DNA from: a virus
Taxonomy: Duplodnaviria > Caudoviricetes
Virus record (IMG/VR): IMGVR_UViG_3300011335_000175
Coordinates: 1-39,996 of that record
Direction: 5' to 3' (one strand)
Length of the DNA: 39,996 bases
Position 1 is the first letter of the stretch. Each line of letters begins with the position of its first letter. The position numbers were made by a program, and so were the translations under genes. A model generated the notes under the pieces. That model made no database searches. It was not told the origin of the DNA and was given only the letters and a program-made list of their open reading frames with translations. Positions 25,737 to 34,643 of this stretch are shown piece by piece.

Positions 25737-27185
25737 ATGGCACTTGAATTTAACTTTGGCAACCTGTTTGGTGGAGATACCACCAGCGGCCTTAATGCCC
25801 TGTTATCGGCTGACCAGCGCAAGCTGATGAATCAGCAAGGCAACCTGTCGGCAGCGGCTGCTTTGCTGGCAGCCAGTGGCCCCAGCCGCCAGCGCATTGG
25901 CCTTGGCCAAGCCCTTGGCTCTGCTTTGCAGGCTGGCCAGCAGGGCTACAACCAAGCCCGTGCGGGATCGCTGCAAGACTTGCTGTTGGGTGAGAAGCTG
26001 AAGGAGGCGCAGCGTTTGGGTCTGTACCAAACAGCCCTTTCAGGGACGCAAACCCCAGCGGCGGCTGCACCAGCAATGGAGCCATTGAACGCAGCGCAAG
26101 CCAGCCTTGTCAGCCAAGCCGCGCCAATTAGCACTGCTGGGCCAGTTGGGCCTACGAACCAACGCGCAGCCCTTATGGAGGCCGCGCAAGTTGCGCCACC
26201 AGTCCCTCCAAGGCCATCCAAAGCAGATGCGCGTTTTGATGAATTGATGCGCAAAGCGGATGTGGCCAACCAGTTCAACCGCCCTGAAGATGCGCAAAAG
26301 TTTTTGGATCAGGCGTACAAGATCAAGCCTGTTGAAGAATTCAGCACGACACCTCAGTTTGGCATGAGTCCTCAAGGCACGCCAATTTCTTTTGTTTTGA
26401 GCAAATCCGGCAGCATGAGGCTGTTGGATGTCCAGCGCAACCCTGAATTCAATTATCAGGACACTGGCTCATTCATCAGCGTGCGTGACAAGAACACAAA
26501 CAAAGAACTTGAACGCATTCCAAAAACCATGACGCCAGGCGAAGTGGCGTCCAACCGAGTTGCGCTTGGAAATCTTGGTGTGGCTCAAGGCAACTTGGCA
26601 TTGCGTGGCCAAGAGTTTGCCCGTGGCGCATTCGACCGAGTGGAAACTGCTGATGGCTTGATGTTGGTCCCCAAGACTCCAGGCGGTGTTGCCGTGCCTC
26701 TGATTGGTCCAGATGGCAAGCCACTCAAGGGCGTATCTGGTGGCCAGCCAACAGAAGGCGAGCGCAAGGCGGCAACACTGCTGTCTAGGATGCAGCTTGC
26801 GCAAACTCAAATGACTCAAGGCGACAAGGGGATGCCTGGATTCTTGACCTCTGTTACGCCACGATTGGCTTTGCCAGAGGAGCGCAAGAAGGTCGAAGAT
26901 GCGCAGATGGACTTCTTGGACGCAGCACTGACGCTGGCCACTGGCGCGGCCTATACCGAGTTCCAACTCAAGGGTGCAATGCAATCGTATTTCCCCAAAT
27001 TTGGCGATTCGCCAGATGTGCTTGCCGACAAAGAATTGCGGCGTCAGAATCTGCTGGAAGCCGCAAGACTTTCAGCAGGCAGAATGGGTGGATCAGTTCC
27101 AGCATTGCCCACAACCACAGCCCCACAGCGTGGTGGCGCTGGCGGTAATCGCCCATCCTTGAACAACATCTTTGGAGTTCAGTAA
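25737..27185 (+). CDS. DNA ejection/internal virion protein
   Basis: LGQALGSALQAG, TEGERKA, YFPKFGD motifs; AAGGAG RBS. Confidence 0.7.
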   Translation: MALEFNFGNLFGGDTTSGLNALLSADQRKLMNQQGNLSAAAALLAASGPSRQRIGLGQALGSALQAGQQGYNQARAGSLQDLLLGEKLKEAQRLGLYQTALSGTQTPAAAAPAMEPLNAAQASLVSQAAPISTAGPVGPTNQRAALMEAAQVAPPVPPRPSKADARFDELMRKADVANQFNRPEDAQKFLDQAYKIKPVEEFSTTPQFGMSPQGTPISFVLSKSGSMRLLDVQRNPEFNYQDTGSFISVRDKNTNKELERIPKTMTPGEVASNRVALGNLGVAQGNLALRGQEFARGAFDRVETADGLMLVPKTPGGVAVPLIGPDGKPLKGVSGGQPTEGERKAATLLSRMQLAQTQMTQGDKGMPGFLTSVTPRLALPEERKKVEDAQMDFLDAALTLATGAAYTEFQLKGAMQSYFPKFGDSPDVLADKELRRQNLLEAARLSAGRMGGSVPALPTTTAPQRGGAGGNRPSLNNIFGVQ

Positions 27186-29272
27186 TGTCAGAAATTCAGG
27201 ACAAAATCAAGCAAGCCAAAAAAGCTGGCTACAAGGATGATGAGATTGTCCAATTTCTGGCTCAGATGCCAGATGTTGGCCCACAAGTCGCCACAGCCCT
27301 TGAGAATCAGTACAAGCCTGCTGAGATTCTGAAGTTCTTGGGGCAGTCGCCTGCATACCGTGCAGGCACGCAAAAGTCCCCCACACAGCGCGGCATCGTG
27401 ACTGCACTGCAAGGTCCGACATTTGGTTTTGCCGACGAGTTGGCTGGCGCTATCAGTGCCCCATTCTTGGCGGCACAGCAAAACATCCCACTTGGCCAGG
27501 CATACCAGCAAGGCCGCGACATTGTGCGCGGCCAAACAGAATCGTTTGAGGCCGAGCGGCCCTTCACTGCTGCTGGCTTGCAGATCGCTGCCAGCGGCCC
27601 GATGGCGTTTGCGAGAGCGCCAACAGTCATTGGCCGTGCAGTCATGCCAGCCATCACCAAGGCAGCCCCCAGCATCGCGCCAACAGTGCAGGCGGTAGGC
27701 CGCTACCTGACCGCAGCACCAACCACTGGCCAAGTCATGGGTCTTGGTCAACGCACAGCCCAAGCTGCGGCCTCTGGCGCTGGATACGGCTTGCTTGGTG
27801 GTATTGGGGCATCCACAGCCGACAACCCATTGGATGTGCTTTCTGATGCGGCCACAAGTGCCGTGTTTGGCAGTGCCTTGGGCGCAACTACGCAGCCAGC
27901 CATGTCGGTGCTGGGCGCTGGTGGTCGGCAAGTGATGGCACGTGTTTCTCCATCATCCGCAGCCACGCAAGCGCAGCAAAAAGTGGCCGAGGCTTTGATC
28001 AGGGACCAGCCAGAGGCTTTGGCCTCCAGTGCCTTAAATCGCGCACAGACAAGATTGACTCGACTTGGCCCAGAGGCACGCATTGCCGATGTGGGTGGCA
28101 AGTCCACGCGCAACCTGCTTGATGTGCAGGCCACACTGCCTGGGACCACCACAGAGGCTGTGGAGCGTGCCATTCGTGAGCGCCAAGCTGGGCGTGCTGG
28201 CCGATTGATGACGTCTGCCGACGAGGCTCTTGGCACTCAAGGCGCACAGTATTTGGCCAAGCTGGAAGACTTCAGCAACCAGCGGTTTGCTGCCTCTCGC
28301 CCATACTATGCCGCCATTGATCAAGCCACTGCCAAGGTGGATGACGCTGTGGCCGATGTCTTGAACAAGTCGCAGGCTGTGCAGCGAGATGCTGAATTGC
28401 TGTTCAAAACGAAAACAGGCCAGACCATTGATCTGTCGCAATTGCAGCCTGGGCAGACCGTGCCAATGAACGTGCTGGATTCGCTGAAGCAGTCTTTGTA
28501 TGACGCCTCACAATCATTGCGGCGCAGTGGCAGCAATGAGCAGGCCAACGCATATGACCAAGTGCGTCTGAAACTGATCGGTGAACTGGAGAAGCAGTCG
28601 CCCAAGATTGGCGGTCAGTCTGCATACACCATGGCTCTTAAGACATGGGCTGGTCCATCGCAGATGATGGATGCCGCAGAAGTTGGCCGCAGCGTGATGC
28701 GTGGCGACATTCTGGACGTACAGCAGGCCACCAAGGGTCTGTCGCCTTCCGAGATTGATGCTTTCCGCATTGGTGCGCTCCAAGCCCTGCGCCAGTCCAC
28801 TGGTACAGAGGCTGGTCAAACATCGCTGCTCAAGATGTGGAAAGAGCCAGCAACACAAGAGCGCCTCAAGGCTGCGTTCGGCAACGACTACCGCACCTTT
28901 GCGGCTGCTGTTGCCAAGGAGGCACGTTTGAAGGGCTTAGAGTCCACTGGCCGTGGCAGCCAAACCGCTGCACGCTTGGCTGGTGCGGCTGACCTTGATG
29001 TGGCTCCACTGACTCAAACCGCAGGTGCTGTGGCGTCTGGCAACTTGCCAGCCATTGTGACAACCGCTGCCAACTTGGCACGGCAAACACAAACGCCCGA
29101 GCCAGTGCGAAACGAGATTGGCCGGATTCTGCTCTCGCGTGATCCGCAAGAGTTGCGCAAGCTGGAGGCCATCGTGCGCCAAATCAATGCCTCCAGATCA
29201 CGGGCAGCAGGTGCGGCAGGCTTTGGTGCTGGCCAGATCGGAACTATGCTGTCCGATGTGATGATGCCTTAA
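27185..29272 (+). CDS. Large DNA ejection/internal virion protein
   Basis: 695 aa Ala-rich helical protein, QGPTFGFADE, GSQTAAR; last gene of the late operon. Confidence 0.7.
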   Translation: MSEIQDKIKQAKKAGYKDDEIVQFLAQMPDVGPQVATALENQYKPAEILKFLGQSPAYRAGTQKSPTQRGIVTALQGPTFGFADELAGAISAPFLAAQQNIPLGQAYQQGRDIVRGQTESFEAERPFTAAGLQIAASGPMAFARAPTVIGRAVMPAITKAAPSIAPTVQAVGRYLTAAPTTGQVMGLGQRTAQAAASGAGYGLLGGIGASTADNPLDVLSDAATSAVFGSALGATTQPAMSVLGAGGRQVMARVSPSSAATQAQQKVAEALIRDQPEALASSALNRAQTRLTRLGPEARIADVGGKSTRNLLDVQATLPGTTTEAVERAIRERQAGRAGRLMTSADEALGTQGAQYLAKLEDFSNQRFAASRPYYAAIDQATAKVDDAVADVLNKSQAVQRDAELLFKTKTGQTIDLSQLQPGQTVPMNVLDSLKQSLYDASQSLRRSGSNEQANAYDQVRLKLIGELEKQSPKIGGQSAYTMALKTWAGPSQMMDAAEVGRSVMRGDILDVQQATKGLSPSEIDAFRIGALQALRQSTGTEAGQTSLLKMWKEPATQERLKAAFGNDYRTFAAAVAKEARLKGLESTGRGSQTAARLAGAADLDVAPLTQTAGAVASGNLPAIVTTAANLARQTQTPEPVRNEIGRILLSRDPQELRKLEAIVRQINASRSRAAGAAGFGAGQIGTMLSDVMMP

Positions 29273-29661
29273 CCACCCCCAAAAAACGCAGCGGTCAAAG
29301 GGTCGCGTTTAATCACGCGCCTTTTCTGTCTGCGTCTTGCTTCCAAAAAATCCTTGTCGTCGGCACTCAGCTTGGCCCTGAACTCTTTCACCCGCTGCGT
29401 GCTGGTGCGGCCTGTTGGCGGTGGCGGTGGCGCATCATCTCCAGCGCCAAGCTGGTACTTAGGCCGCCAGCGGTAACTGTCACCAGCCTTGGCCCATCCA
29501 CCGATATGCACCAGCCCCTGCTGATGCATATCTTCCAGCACCCGCTGCACAGCCCGTCTGTTGCAAAAGATGATGTCCACCAGTTCCCGGTCACACCTCG
29601 CACGGCCATCGGCCATGACGAGTTCCAGCTTGGGCCGGATGCGCGGCTTTAGTCCAGGCAT
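29269..29661 (-). CDS. Putative winged-HTH DNA-binding protein
   Basis: AVQRVLEDMHQQGLVHIGGW...RPKYQLG..DAPPP; ends DPLTAAFFG. Confidence 0.65.
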   Translation of the reverse strand: MPGLKPRIRPKLELVMADGRARCDRELVDIIFCNRRAVQRVLEDMHQQGLVHIGGWAKAGDSYRWRPKYQLGAGDDAPPPPPTGRTSTQRVKEFRAKLSADDKDFLEARRRQKRRVIKRDPLTAAFFGGG

Positions 29662-29837
29662 TTGAGCGCCTCGATGTCTTTGCGGTACACCTGGCCATAG
29701 TGCATCAGGCTTGGCAGCTTGTAGGCGTCCATAGCTCCGGGCCTGCCGGTGTATGGCAGCAACTCACGGCCATCGTATGTGCCCTTCATCTTGTCGATCA
29801 TGGTGGGTGGGGTCTTGGGGTCAATAAATTGGGTCAT
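29649..29837 (-). CDS. Hypothetical 62-aa protein
   Basis: GTYDGRELLPYTGRPGAMDAYKLPS; overlaps its neighbours in the operon. Confidence 0.7.
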   Translation of the reverse strand: MTQFIDPKTPPTMIDKMKGTYDGRELLPYTGRPGAMDAYKLPSLMHYGQVYRKDIEALKCLD

Positions 29838-30030
29838 TGTTTTTCAGGCAGTTAATTTGATATTCAAGTTTTTGGCACAGCCGATGGGCTGCGTCACGGT
29901 CTTGCACATCTGACGGGCAATTGCCCACCATGTGCGCTGGCTTGGCCAGCTTGCGCTGCTGCTCATAAGCACGGGCAAGCTGGACCTCAAGGTAGGCCAG
30001 ATCGGTGAGGTAATGGTCTTTGACTTTCAT
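29821..30030 (-). CDS. Hypothetical 69-aa protein
   Basis: Start reassigned to the coupled ATG (MKVKDHYL). Confidence 0.6.
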   Translation of the reverse strand: MKVKDHYLTDLAYLEVQLARAYEQQRKLAKPAHMVGNCPSDVQDRDAAHRLCQKLEYQINCLKNNDPIY

Positions 30031-30131
30031 TTGCGGCATCCTTTCAAGCAGGCTGGTGACATCTTGGACTGGCACACGCCAAGAATTTGGCAGCGTGTCA
30101 GTGGCTTGGGCTTGATCCAAATGGTCTTCAT
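30027..30131 (-). CDS. 34-aa Cys-rich microprotein
   Basis: MKTIWIKPKPLTRCQILGVCQSKMSPACLKGCRK; ATGA coupling at both ends. Confidence 0.6.
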   Translation of the reverse strand: MKTIWIKPKPLTRCQILGVCQSKMSPACLKGCRK

Positions 30132-30397
30132 GCCTGCGCCTTTGTGTAAAGCGCAATTGGCTTGTATACGCTTGAAGGTTTTTTCCATCGAAAATATTTG
30201 TGGCCCACTGCGTTCTCGCAAAGGTATGCAATCGGCTCAGGAATTGTTATTGAGATCACGCCAGTCTGGCTGGGTATTGGTTGCTCCATGCACTTAGCAT
30301 AAACACGATCAGCAACAAGGGCGGCAAAGTGTTCAATGTCACCATGCAGGGTCAAACCATTGGCCTCGATCAATTCAAAGATTTCATCTTTGTTCAT
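30128..30397 (-). CDS. Hypothetical 89-aa protein
   Basis: MNKDEIFEL...EHFAALVA...EPIAY...IALYT. Confidence 0.7.
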   Translation of the reverse strand: MNKDEIFELIEANGLTLHGDIEHFAALVADRVYAKCMEQPIPSQTGVISITIPEPIAYLCENAVGHKYFRWKKPSSVYKPIALYTKAQA

Positions 30398-30537
30398 GAC
30401 GACAGCCCAAAGAACAGGCAAGCGGCCAAGCCGATGCCGATGACGCAGGCCAGAGCAATGTCCAAGCAGGCGTCTGCACGCCCATGCAGCTTGGCGGCTT
30501 TGACTTGGTAGTGCTGGTGATATTTTTGGTGTTTCAT
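30394..30537 (-). CDS. 47-aa protein with C-terminal TM
   Basis: MKHQKYHQHYQVKAAKLHGRADACLDIALACVIGIGLAACLFFGLSS; coupled to the next ORF. Confidence 0.6.
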   Translation of the reverse strand: MKHQKYHQHYQVKAAKLHGRADACLDIALACVIGIGLAACLFFGLSS

Positions 30538-30554
30538 GGCTTTTCTTTCAGAGG

Positions 30555-30571
30555 AAAGGGGCCGAAGCCCC
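30555..30571 (-). terminator. UUCG-tetraloop hairpin (weak terminator or stabilizer)
   Basis: GGGGC-TTCG-GCCCC-TTT on the minus strand just after the 30578 stop. Confidence 0.65.
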
Positions 30572-30577
30572 GTGGGT

Positions 30578-30778
30578 TTACTGAGTGCAACTAGCGCAGT
30601 TGCAAGAAATAATGTCGCTCTTTGCGGAAAGGCGCAGTTCAGTCATCGTGTCATAGCCCCGTATGTGAACCATGTCATCGTAAAACCGAAAGCCGTTTGG
30701 CAAATTTAAGATGTATGAGACTTCATCACCGTACCCGTCAACGTCAACATCACGGGTCACATCAAGTTTGTATTTCAT
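30578..30778 (-). CDS. Hypothetical 66-aa early protein
   Basis: GGAG RBS; first gene behind a consensus promoter; lower GC; C-terminal CNCASC. Confidence 0.75.
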   Translation of the reverse strand: MKYKLDVTRDVDVDGYGDEVSYILNLPNGFRFYDDMVHIRGYDTMTELRLSAKSDIISCNCASCTQ

Positions 30779-30832
30779 CGTTTACTCCGTTTTCATCGTT
30801 ACCCAACACAACAATTTGTGTTGGTGAAACAG

Positions 30833-30861
30833 ATTATGTACTAAATAAACCGATGTGTCAA
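30833..30861 (-). promoter_or_regulatory. Strong leftward sigma70 promoter
   Basis: TTGACA (30856-30861)-N17-CATAAT (30833-30838); 9-bp inverted repeat 30803-30824 just downstream. Confidence 0.8.
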
Positions 30862-30913
30862 CACCCCTACAAAACAGTCAACTATTAACAAAGAACACAA
30901 GTAAAATGCCGCC

Positions 30914-31144
30914 ATGAATTCCATCCACGACATCCGAGACATGGCCCGTTTGCACAAGATTCAGATGAAGCAGGTTTGCACGCTGGCCCAAATACAACAG
31001 CCCCAGGTCAGCAGGTGGCTGTCTGGGGCTGTTGATCCTCTGTGGTGCTCAGTTAATCAGATGGAGGCTGCGCTGTTTGAACTGATAGAACAACAGGCGA
31101 AGCAAGGCCAGTGCGCAGCAGATACCGCACCAGCGCAGCCTTAG
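30914..31144 (+). CDS. Cro/CI-like HTH transcriptional regulator
   Basis: MKQVCTLAQIQQPQVSRWLSGAVDP XRE-type HTH; divergent from the early operon. Confidence 0.82.
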   Translation: MNSIHDIRDMARLHKIQMKQVCTLAQIQQPQVSRWLSGAVDPLWCSVNQMEAALFELIEQQAKQGQCAADTAPAQP

Positions 31145-31229
31145 ACATTCCCAAGGCGTGCGCTGTGGCCTCCAGCTTGTCAAACAGTTCCTGTTCAACG
31201 TGAGCCGCGATAAAGACCTTACCAGTCAT
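31053..31229 (-). CDS. Ribbon-helix-helix (CopG/Arc-like) protein
   Basis: VFIAAHVEQELFDKLEATAHALGMSKAALVRYLL; overlaps the SSB stop. Confidence 0.7.
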   Translation of the reverse strand: MTGKVFIAAHVEQELFDKLEATAHALGMSKAALVRYLLRTGLASPVVLSVQTAQPPSD

Positions 31230-31785
31230 CGCCACCAGCCTCAACAGCCGCCACAGGTGCAGCGCGGCCAATGCCAAAGTCATCAGCAGCCGATGGCTTG
31301 GCGCCACCCAATGGCTGGCCTTTCTTGACCAACAAAATGTTGTTCAAACCGAACGACACCCCGTTATTGCCAGCCTGTGAATACGCATAGGCATTCAAGG
31401 ACACCCGCACATAGTCACCAGACACGATGTCATCGCTACCGATCAGGTCATTGCCATGCGTGTCAATCGCGCCAGGCTTGCTGGTGGACTTCACATTGCA
31501 GAAGAAATGCCCTGCGTATTCCTTGCCCAAAGGGCTGCCATCGGTTTTGGTTTCGGTGTCGCCATCACGCAAAGGGTTGCGCACATTCTTTGGCACTTTG
31601 TCGCCGAACTTAGCAGCCAGCGCCTCTTTGGCCGCAGCTTTCATGGCACTCAAGGTGGCCGTGTCGGTCTTGGGGATGAGGAGTTGGGTGCTGAATTCGT
31701 CCTTGCCGGACAATTCGTTTTTGCGTGCTTGCAGAGCAGAAAAATATGAGGTGCGGACCTCGCCAGTTGTTACGCGTGTAGTCAT
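31219..31785 (-). CDS. Single-stranded DNA-binding protein (DUF2815 / T7 gp2.5-like)
   Basis: VRTSY, FSTQLLIPK, PLRDGD, SGDYVRVS, GNNGVSFGLNNI, acidic-aromatic C-terminus (DDW). Confidence 0.9.
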   Translation of the reverse strand: MTTRVTTGEVRTSYFSALQARKNELSGKDEFSTQLLIPKTDTATLSAMKAAAKEALAAKFGDKVPKNVRNPLRDGDTETKTDGSPLGKEYAGHFFCNVKSTSKPGAIDTHGNDLIGSDDIVSGDYVRVSLNAYAYSQAGNNGVSFGLNNILLVKKGQPLGGAKPSAADDFGIGRAAPVAAVEAGGDDW

Positions 31786-31842
31786 GATCGTTTCTTTCAG
31801 TTGATCGTTTAAAGGTTTTCAGCCCCATCAGGTGACAAGGCG

Positions 31843-31888
31843 ATTGCACTTTAGCATAAATAAAGTGCTTGTGTAAAAGATTTTTACA
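31843..31888. promoter_or_regulatory. Divergent promoter/operator region between SSB and helicase
   Basis: Minus-strand TTTACA-N18-TAAAGT; palindromes GCACTTTA-N7-TAAAGTGC and TGTAAAA-N3-TTTTACA. Confidence 0.6.
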
Positions 31889-31931
31889 GCGCACAATCGG
31901 GACTCTTTCAACCGCTAAACCGAGGAAACCG

Positions 31932-33149
31932 ATGAAGCTATACCCGCACCAAGAAGAGGCCAAGCAATTCTTGCTGGACACCAAGAGGGCCATCCTGGCC
32001 GACCAGCCGCGAGTCGGCAAGACGCTGCCCACAGCAGCCGCAGCCCTTGAACACCTCCCTGCCCTGATCGTCTGTCCGGCCATCGCTAAGACCGTGTGGG
32101 AGGCTGCATTCAACAAGCTGTCGGACGCCACTGTGCGTGTGGTCAATGGCAAGAATGACGCCATGAAGACTACACAGCACCAGGTGGTCATCATCAATTA
32201 CGACCTGCTGCAATACTTCAACAATGCTGGCTACCAAACGCTGGTGCTGGACGAGTGCCATCGCATCAAGAACCCGATGGCCAAACGCACCAAGTCGGCA
32301 ACCCTGCTGATGAAGCAGATTGACCGTGTGTATGCCTTATCCGGCACGCCCATCCCCAACAGGCCCGTGGAACTGTGGCCCATCTTGCACGGTCTTGGCA
32401 TCTATCGTGGCGGCTGGTACGACTTTGCTGCCAGGTACGCCAAGATGTGGAAAGCGCCATGGGGCTTGGATGTCTCAGGCTCCAGCAATATCCCTGAACT
32501 CAAGGCCATGATGAAGCCCCATGTGCTGCGCCGCAAAAAAGAAGATGTGTTCAAAGACTACCAAGACCCGCAGGTCAGTCTGATCACCTTTGACCTGCCC
32601 AATAACAAGCGCGAGCAAGAGTTTGATGCCGATGCCTTGGTGGCAAACCCCAACGCCTTGCTGGCCTTTGAGGGTTTGGCCGAGATCATGAAGGAAGCAG
32701 GGATGCGCAAGGTGGATGCCGCTGCGGAATTCATTGACGACTTGCTGAACGCAGGCGAGCCTGTCGTGGTCTTTGCCCACCACAAGGATGTGGTCGGGAA
32801 GCTGTGCGATGAGTTGCGCGTCCACAAGCCTGTGACAGTGGTGGGTGACACACCACGCGCACAGCGTGACAAGGCCATTGAGTCATTTCAAACAGGAAAG
32901 ACCAAGTGCATTGTGGGAAACATCGCAGCCATGTCCGAGGGTGTGGACCTGTCTGCTGCCGACACCATTGTCTTTGTGGAATGCACATGGTCCACCAGTG
33001 CGCTGGAGCAGGCATCCAGCCGGGTCGAGAACATCGCCAAGCATGGCGTGAAACCGATGATCTACATCCTGACGATCAGGGCATCACTGGATCACACGGT
33101 GCTGGCCAAGATACTGGCCAAGCAGAACATCATCAATCAGATTATTTAA
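31932..33149 (+). CDS. SNF2-family (SF2) helicase
   Basis: LYPHQ, ADQPRVGKT, VLDECH, LSGTP, SEGVDL, QASSR; GAGG RBS before ATG 31932. Confidence 0.92.
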   Translation: MKLYPHQEEAKQFLLDTKRAILADQPRVGKTLPTAAAALEHLPALIVCPAIAKTVWEAAFNKLSDATVRVVNGKNDAMKTTQHQVVIINYDLLQYFNNAGYQTLVLDECHRIKNPMAKRTKSATLLMKQIDRVYALSGTPIPNRPVELWPILHGLGIYRGGWYDFAARYAKMWKAPWGLDVSGSSNIPELKAMMKPHVLRRKKEDVFKDYQDPQVSLITFDLPNNKREQEFDADALVANPNALLAFEGLAEIMKEAGMRKVDAAAEFIDDLLNAGEPVVVFAHHKDVVGKLCDELRVHKPVTVVGDTPRAQRDKAIESFQTGKTKCIVGNIAAMSEGVDLSAADTIVFVECTWSTSALEQASSRVENIAKHGVKPMIYILTIRASLDHTVLAKILAKQNIINQII

Positions 33150-33158
33150 GGAGCCACC

Positions 33159-34184
33159 ATGCAACACACTGCACGCAAACACGCCCGTCTGTCGGCATCA
33201 CGCACAGAACGCTTCATGTCATGCCCAGGCTCTGTGCGTCTGGAAAACCAGATGCCCTATGAGCCAGCAGGCGAGGCGGCAGCCATTGGCACGCACATTC
33301 ATGAACTGTCCGAGAAGCTGCTCAGAGGCGAAGAACTCGACAGCCCTGACCTTGACCCCGAACACGTTGCGATGGCCCAGGAATATGCCAATTTCGTCAA
33401 CACGCTGGTCGAGAACCCCCGCAAACGCATGATTGAGGTCAACGTGGACCCTGGCCTCAAATCCCTGCACCAAGCCCTTGGCGGCACTGCTGACGCTGTG
33501 CTGGTGGATGGTGACCACCTCCATGTCATCGACCTCAAGACTGGCCGTGTCTTGGTTGAAGCCAAGGACAACAAGCAACTGCTGACCTATGCCTTGGGCG
33601 TCATGCGGCAGTTCAACGCGCCAGCCTCCATCCAATGCACCATGCACATCTTCCAGCCCCGTGCTGGCCACTCCAAGTGGACAGTCAGTGGCGTGGACCT
33701 GATCAGCCATGGCCATGAACTGAAGAAAGCCGCAGAACTTGCCCTATCCCCAGACGCGCCAGTGATCCCCAGCCCTGATGCCTGCAAATACTGCAAGGCC
33801 AAGACCATTTGCCCAGCCATGCGCCAGAAGGTCCAAGACAACGCACGCAAGGACTTTGCACCCGATACAGCCATCACGCCAGAAATGCTGGAGTTGGCCA
33901 CCTTGGCTGCTGATTGGTCGGATGCAGTCATCACGGCTGCCAAGAAGCAATTAACAGACGGTGAAACGATCAGTGGATGGAATCTCAAGCCTGGCCGTAA
34001 GACGCGCTTTTGGAAGTCTGAAGCCTTGGCAGCGGCTGCACTAAAGGACCACCCAGAAGCCTTCAGCCTGAAATCCCCATCAGCCATTGCCGACCTCAAG
34101 ATCGAGGTGTCCGATGACCTGATTGGCGTGAAGCAGGCGGCTGCGTCTTTGGCCAAGGACAAGGTCAAAAAGTCCGAAGACTAG
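33159..34184 (+). CDS. DUF2800 Cas4-like PD-(D/E)xK nuclease
   Basis: HARLSAS...CPGS, GTHIH, GTAD...VIDLKTG, QLLTYA, CKYCKAKTICP. Confidence 0.88.
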   Translation: MQHTARKHARLSASRTERFMSCPGSVRLENQMPYEPAGEAAAIGTHIHELSEKLLRGEELDSPDLDPEHVAMAQEYANFVNTLVENPRKRMIEVNVDPGLKSLHQALGGTADAVLVDGDHLHVIDLKTGRVLVEAKDNKQLLTYALGVMRQFNAPASIQCTMHIFQPRAGHSKWTVSGVDLISHGHELKKAAELALSPDAPVIPSPDACKYCKAKTICPAMRQKVQDNARKDFAPDTAITPEMLELATLAADWSDAVITAAKKQLTDGETISGWNLKPGRKTRFWKSEALAAAALKDHPEAFSLKSPSAIADLKIEVSDDLIGVKQAAASLAKDKVKKSED

Positions 34185-34202
34185 AATCCCCATTCCCAAA
34201 AG

Positions 34203-34234
34203 AAAACCCCGGCATGACGCGAATCATGTCGGGG
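34203..34234. terminator. Hairpin after the nuclease gene (U-tract on the minus strand)
   Basis: CCCCGGCATGA-N6-TCATGTCGGGG preceded by AAAA. Confidence 0.5.
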
Positions 34235-34296
34235 AGAGAAGTCCCACTTACAAGGAGTTTCCAGTGTCAATTTTACCGCTGTGCTACAGTTGATGC

Positions 34297-34406
34297 ATCG
34301 CTTGGCAGCGATTTTTATGCAACAGGCCCAGGCCAACCCTTCTGCACGAGTTGCATCGTGTCTGCCAACTGGCCCACGCCAGAGGAGGGTTGACCTGGGT
34401 TTTTTT
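34297..34406 (+). ncRNA. Putative C4/CI-like antisense or attenuator RNA
   Basis: Hairpin exposing TTGGCAG (34302-34308); 18-bp stem 34326-34343/34383-34400 enclosing the complementary CTGCCAA (34362-34368), followed by a T run. Confidence 0.55.
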
Positions 34407-34407
34407 A

Positions 34408-34643
34408 TGGACCCGAACATCATGAAGACAGTTCATCACATCACGCCAAAGATTGGCGACACGCTTTCCTTTAACTGCCCATCATGTGGATGCGCCCATA
34501 TGCAGCAAGACAAGAATTGCGACCATTACTGGTTTTGTCACAACGGCCATGAGTTTTATGTGAGTCTTTATCAGTCATCGGCCACAACCTTGAACCTCTC
34601 TTTTGTGCCGGTCCATGACATAGCAGGTGACACACATGGCTAA
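34408..34643 (+). CDS. Small zinc-ribbon protein (start codon uncertain, near 34407-34422)
   Basis: CPSCGC...WFCHNGHEF; overlaps the primase start. Confidence 0.55.

Noticed and set aside
29260-31000. Integration module or attP site
   Set aside because: No tyrosine or serine recombinase motifs found in the unit and no host genes flank it
30914-31229. Toxin-antitoxin pair
   Set aside because: Both ORFs look like DNA-binding proteins; no adjacent toxin-like ORF and they are not co-oriented
33159-34184. Cas4-like gene as part of a CRISPR-Cas system
   Set aside because: No repeat-spacer array or other cas genes are visible; this family is a routine phage replication/recombination nuclease
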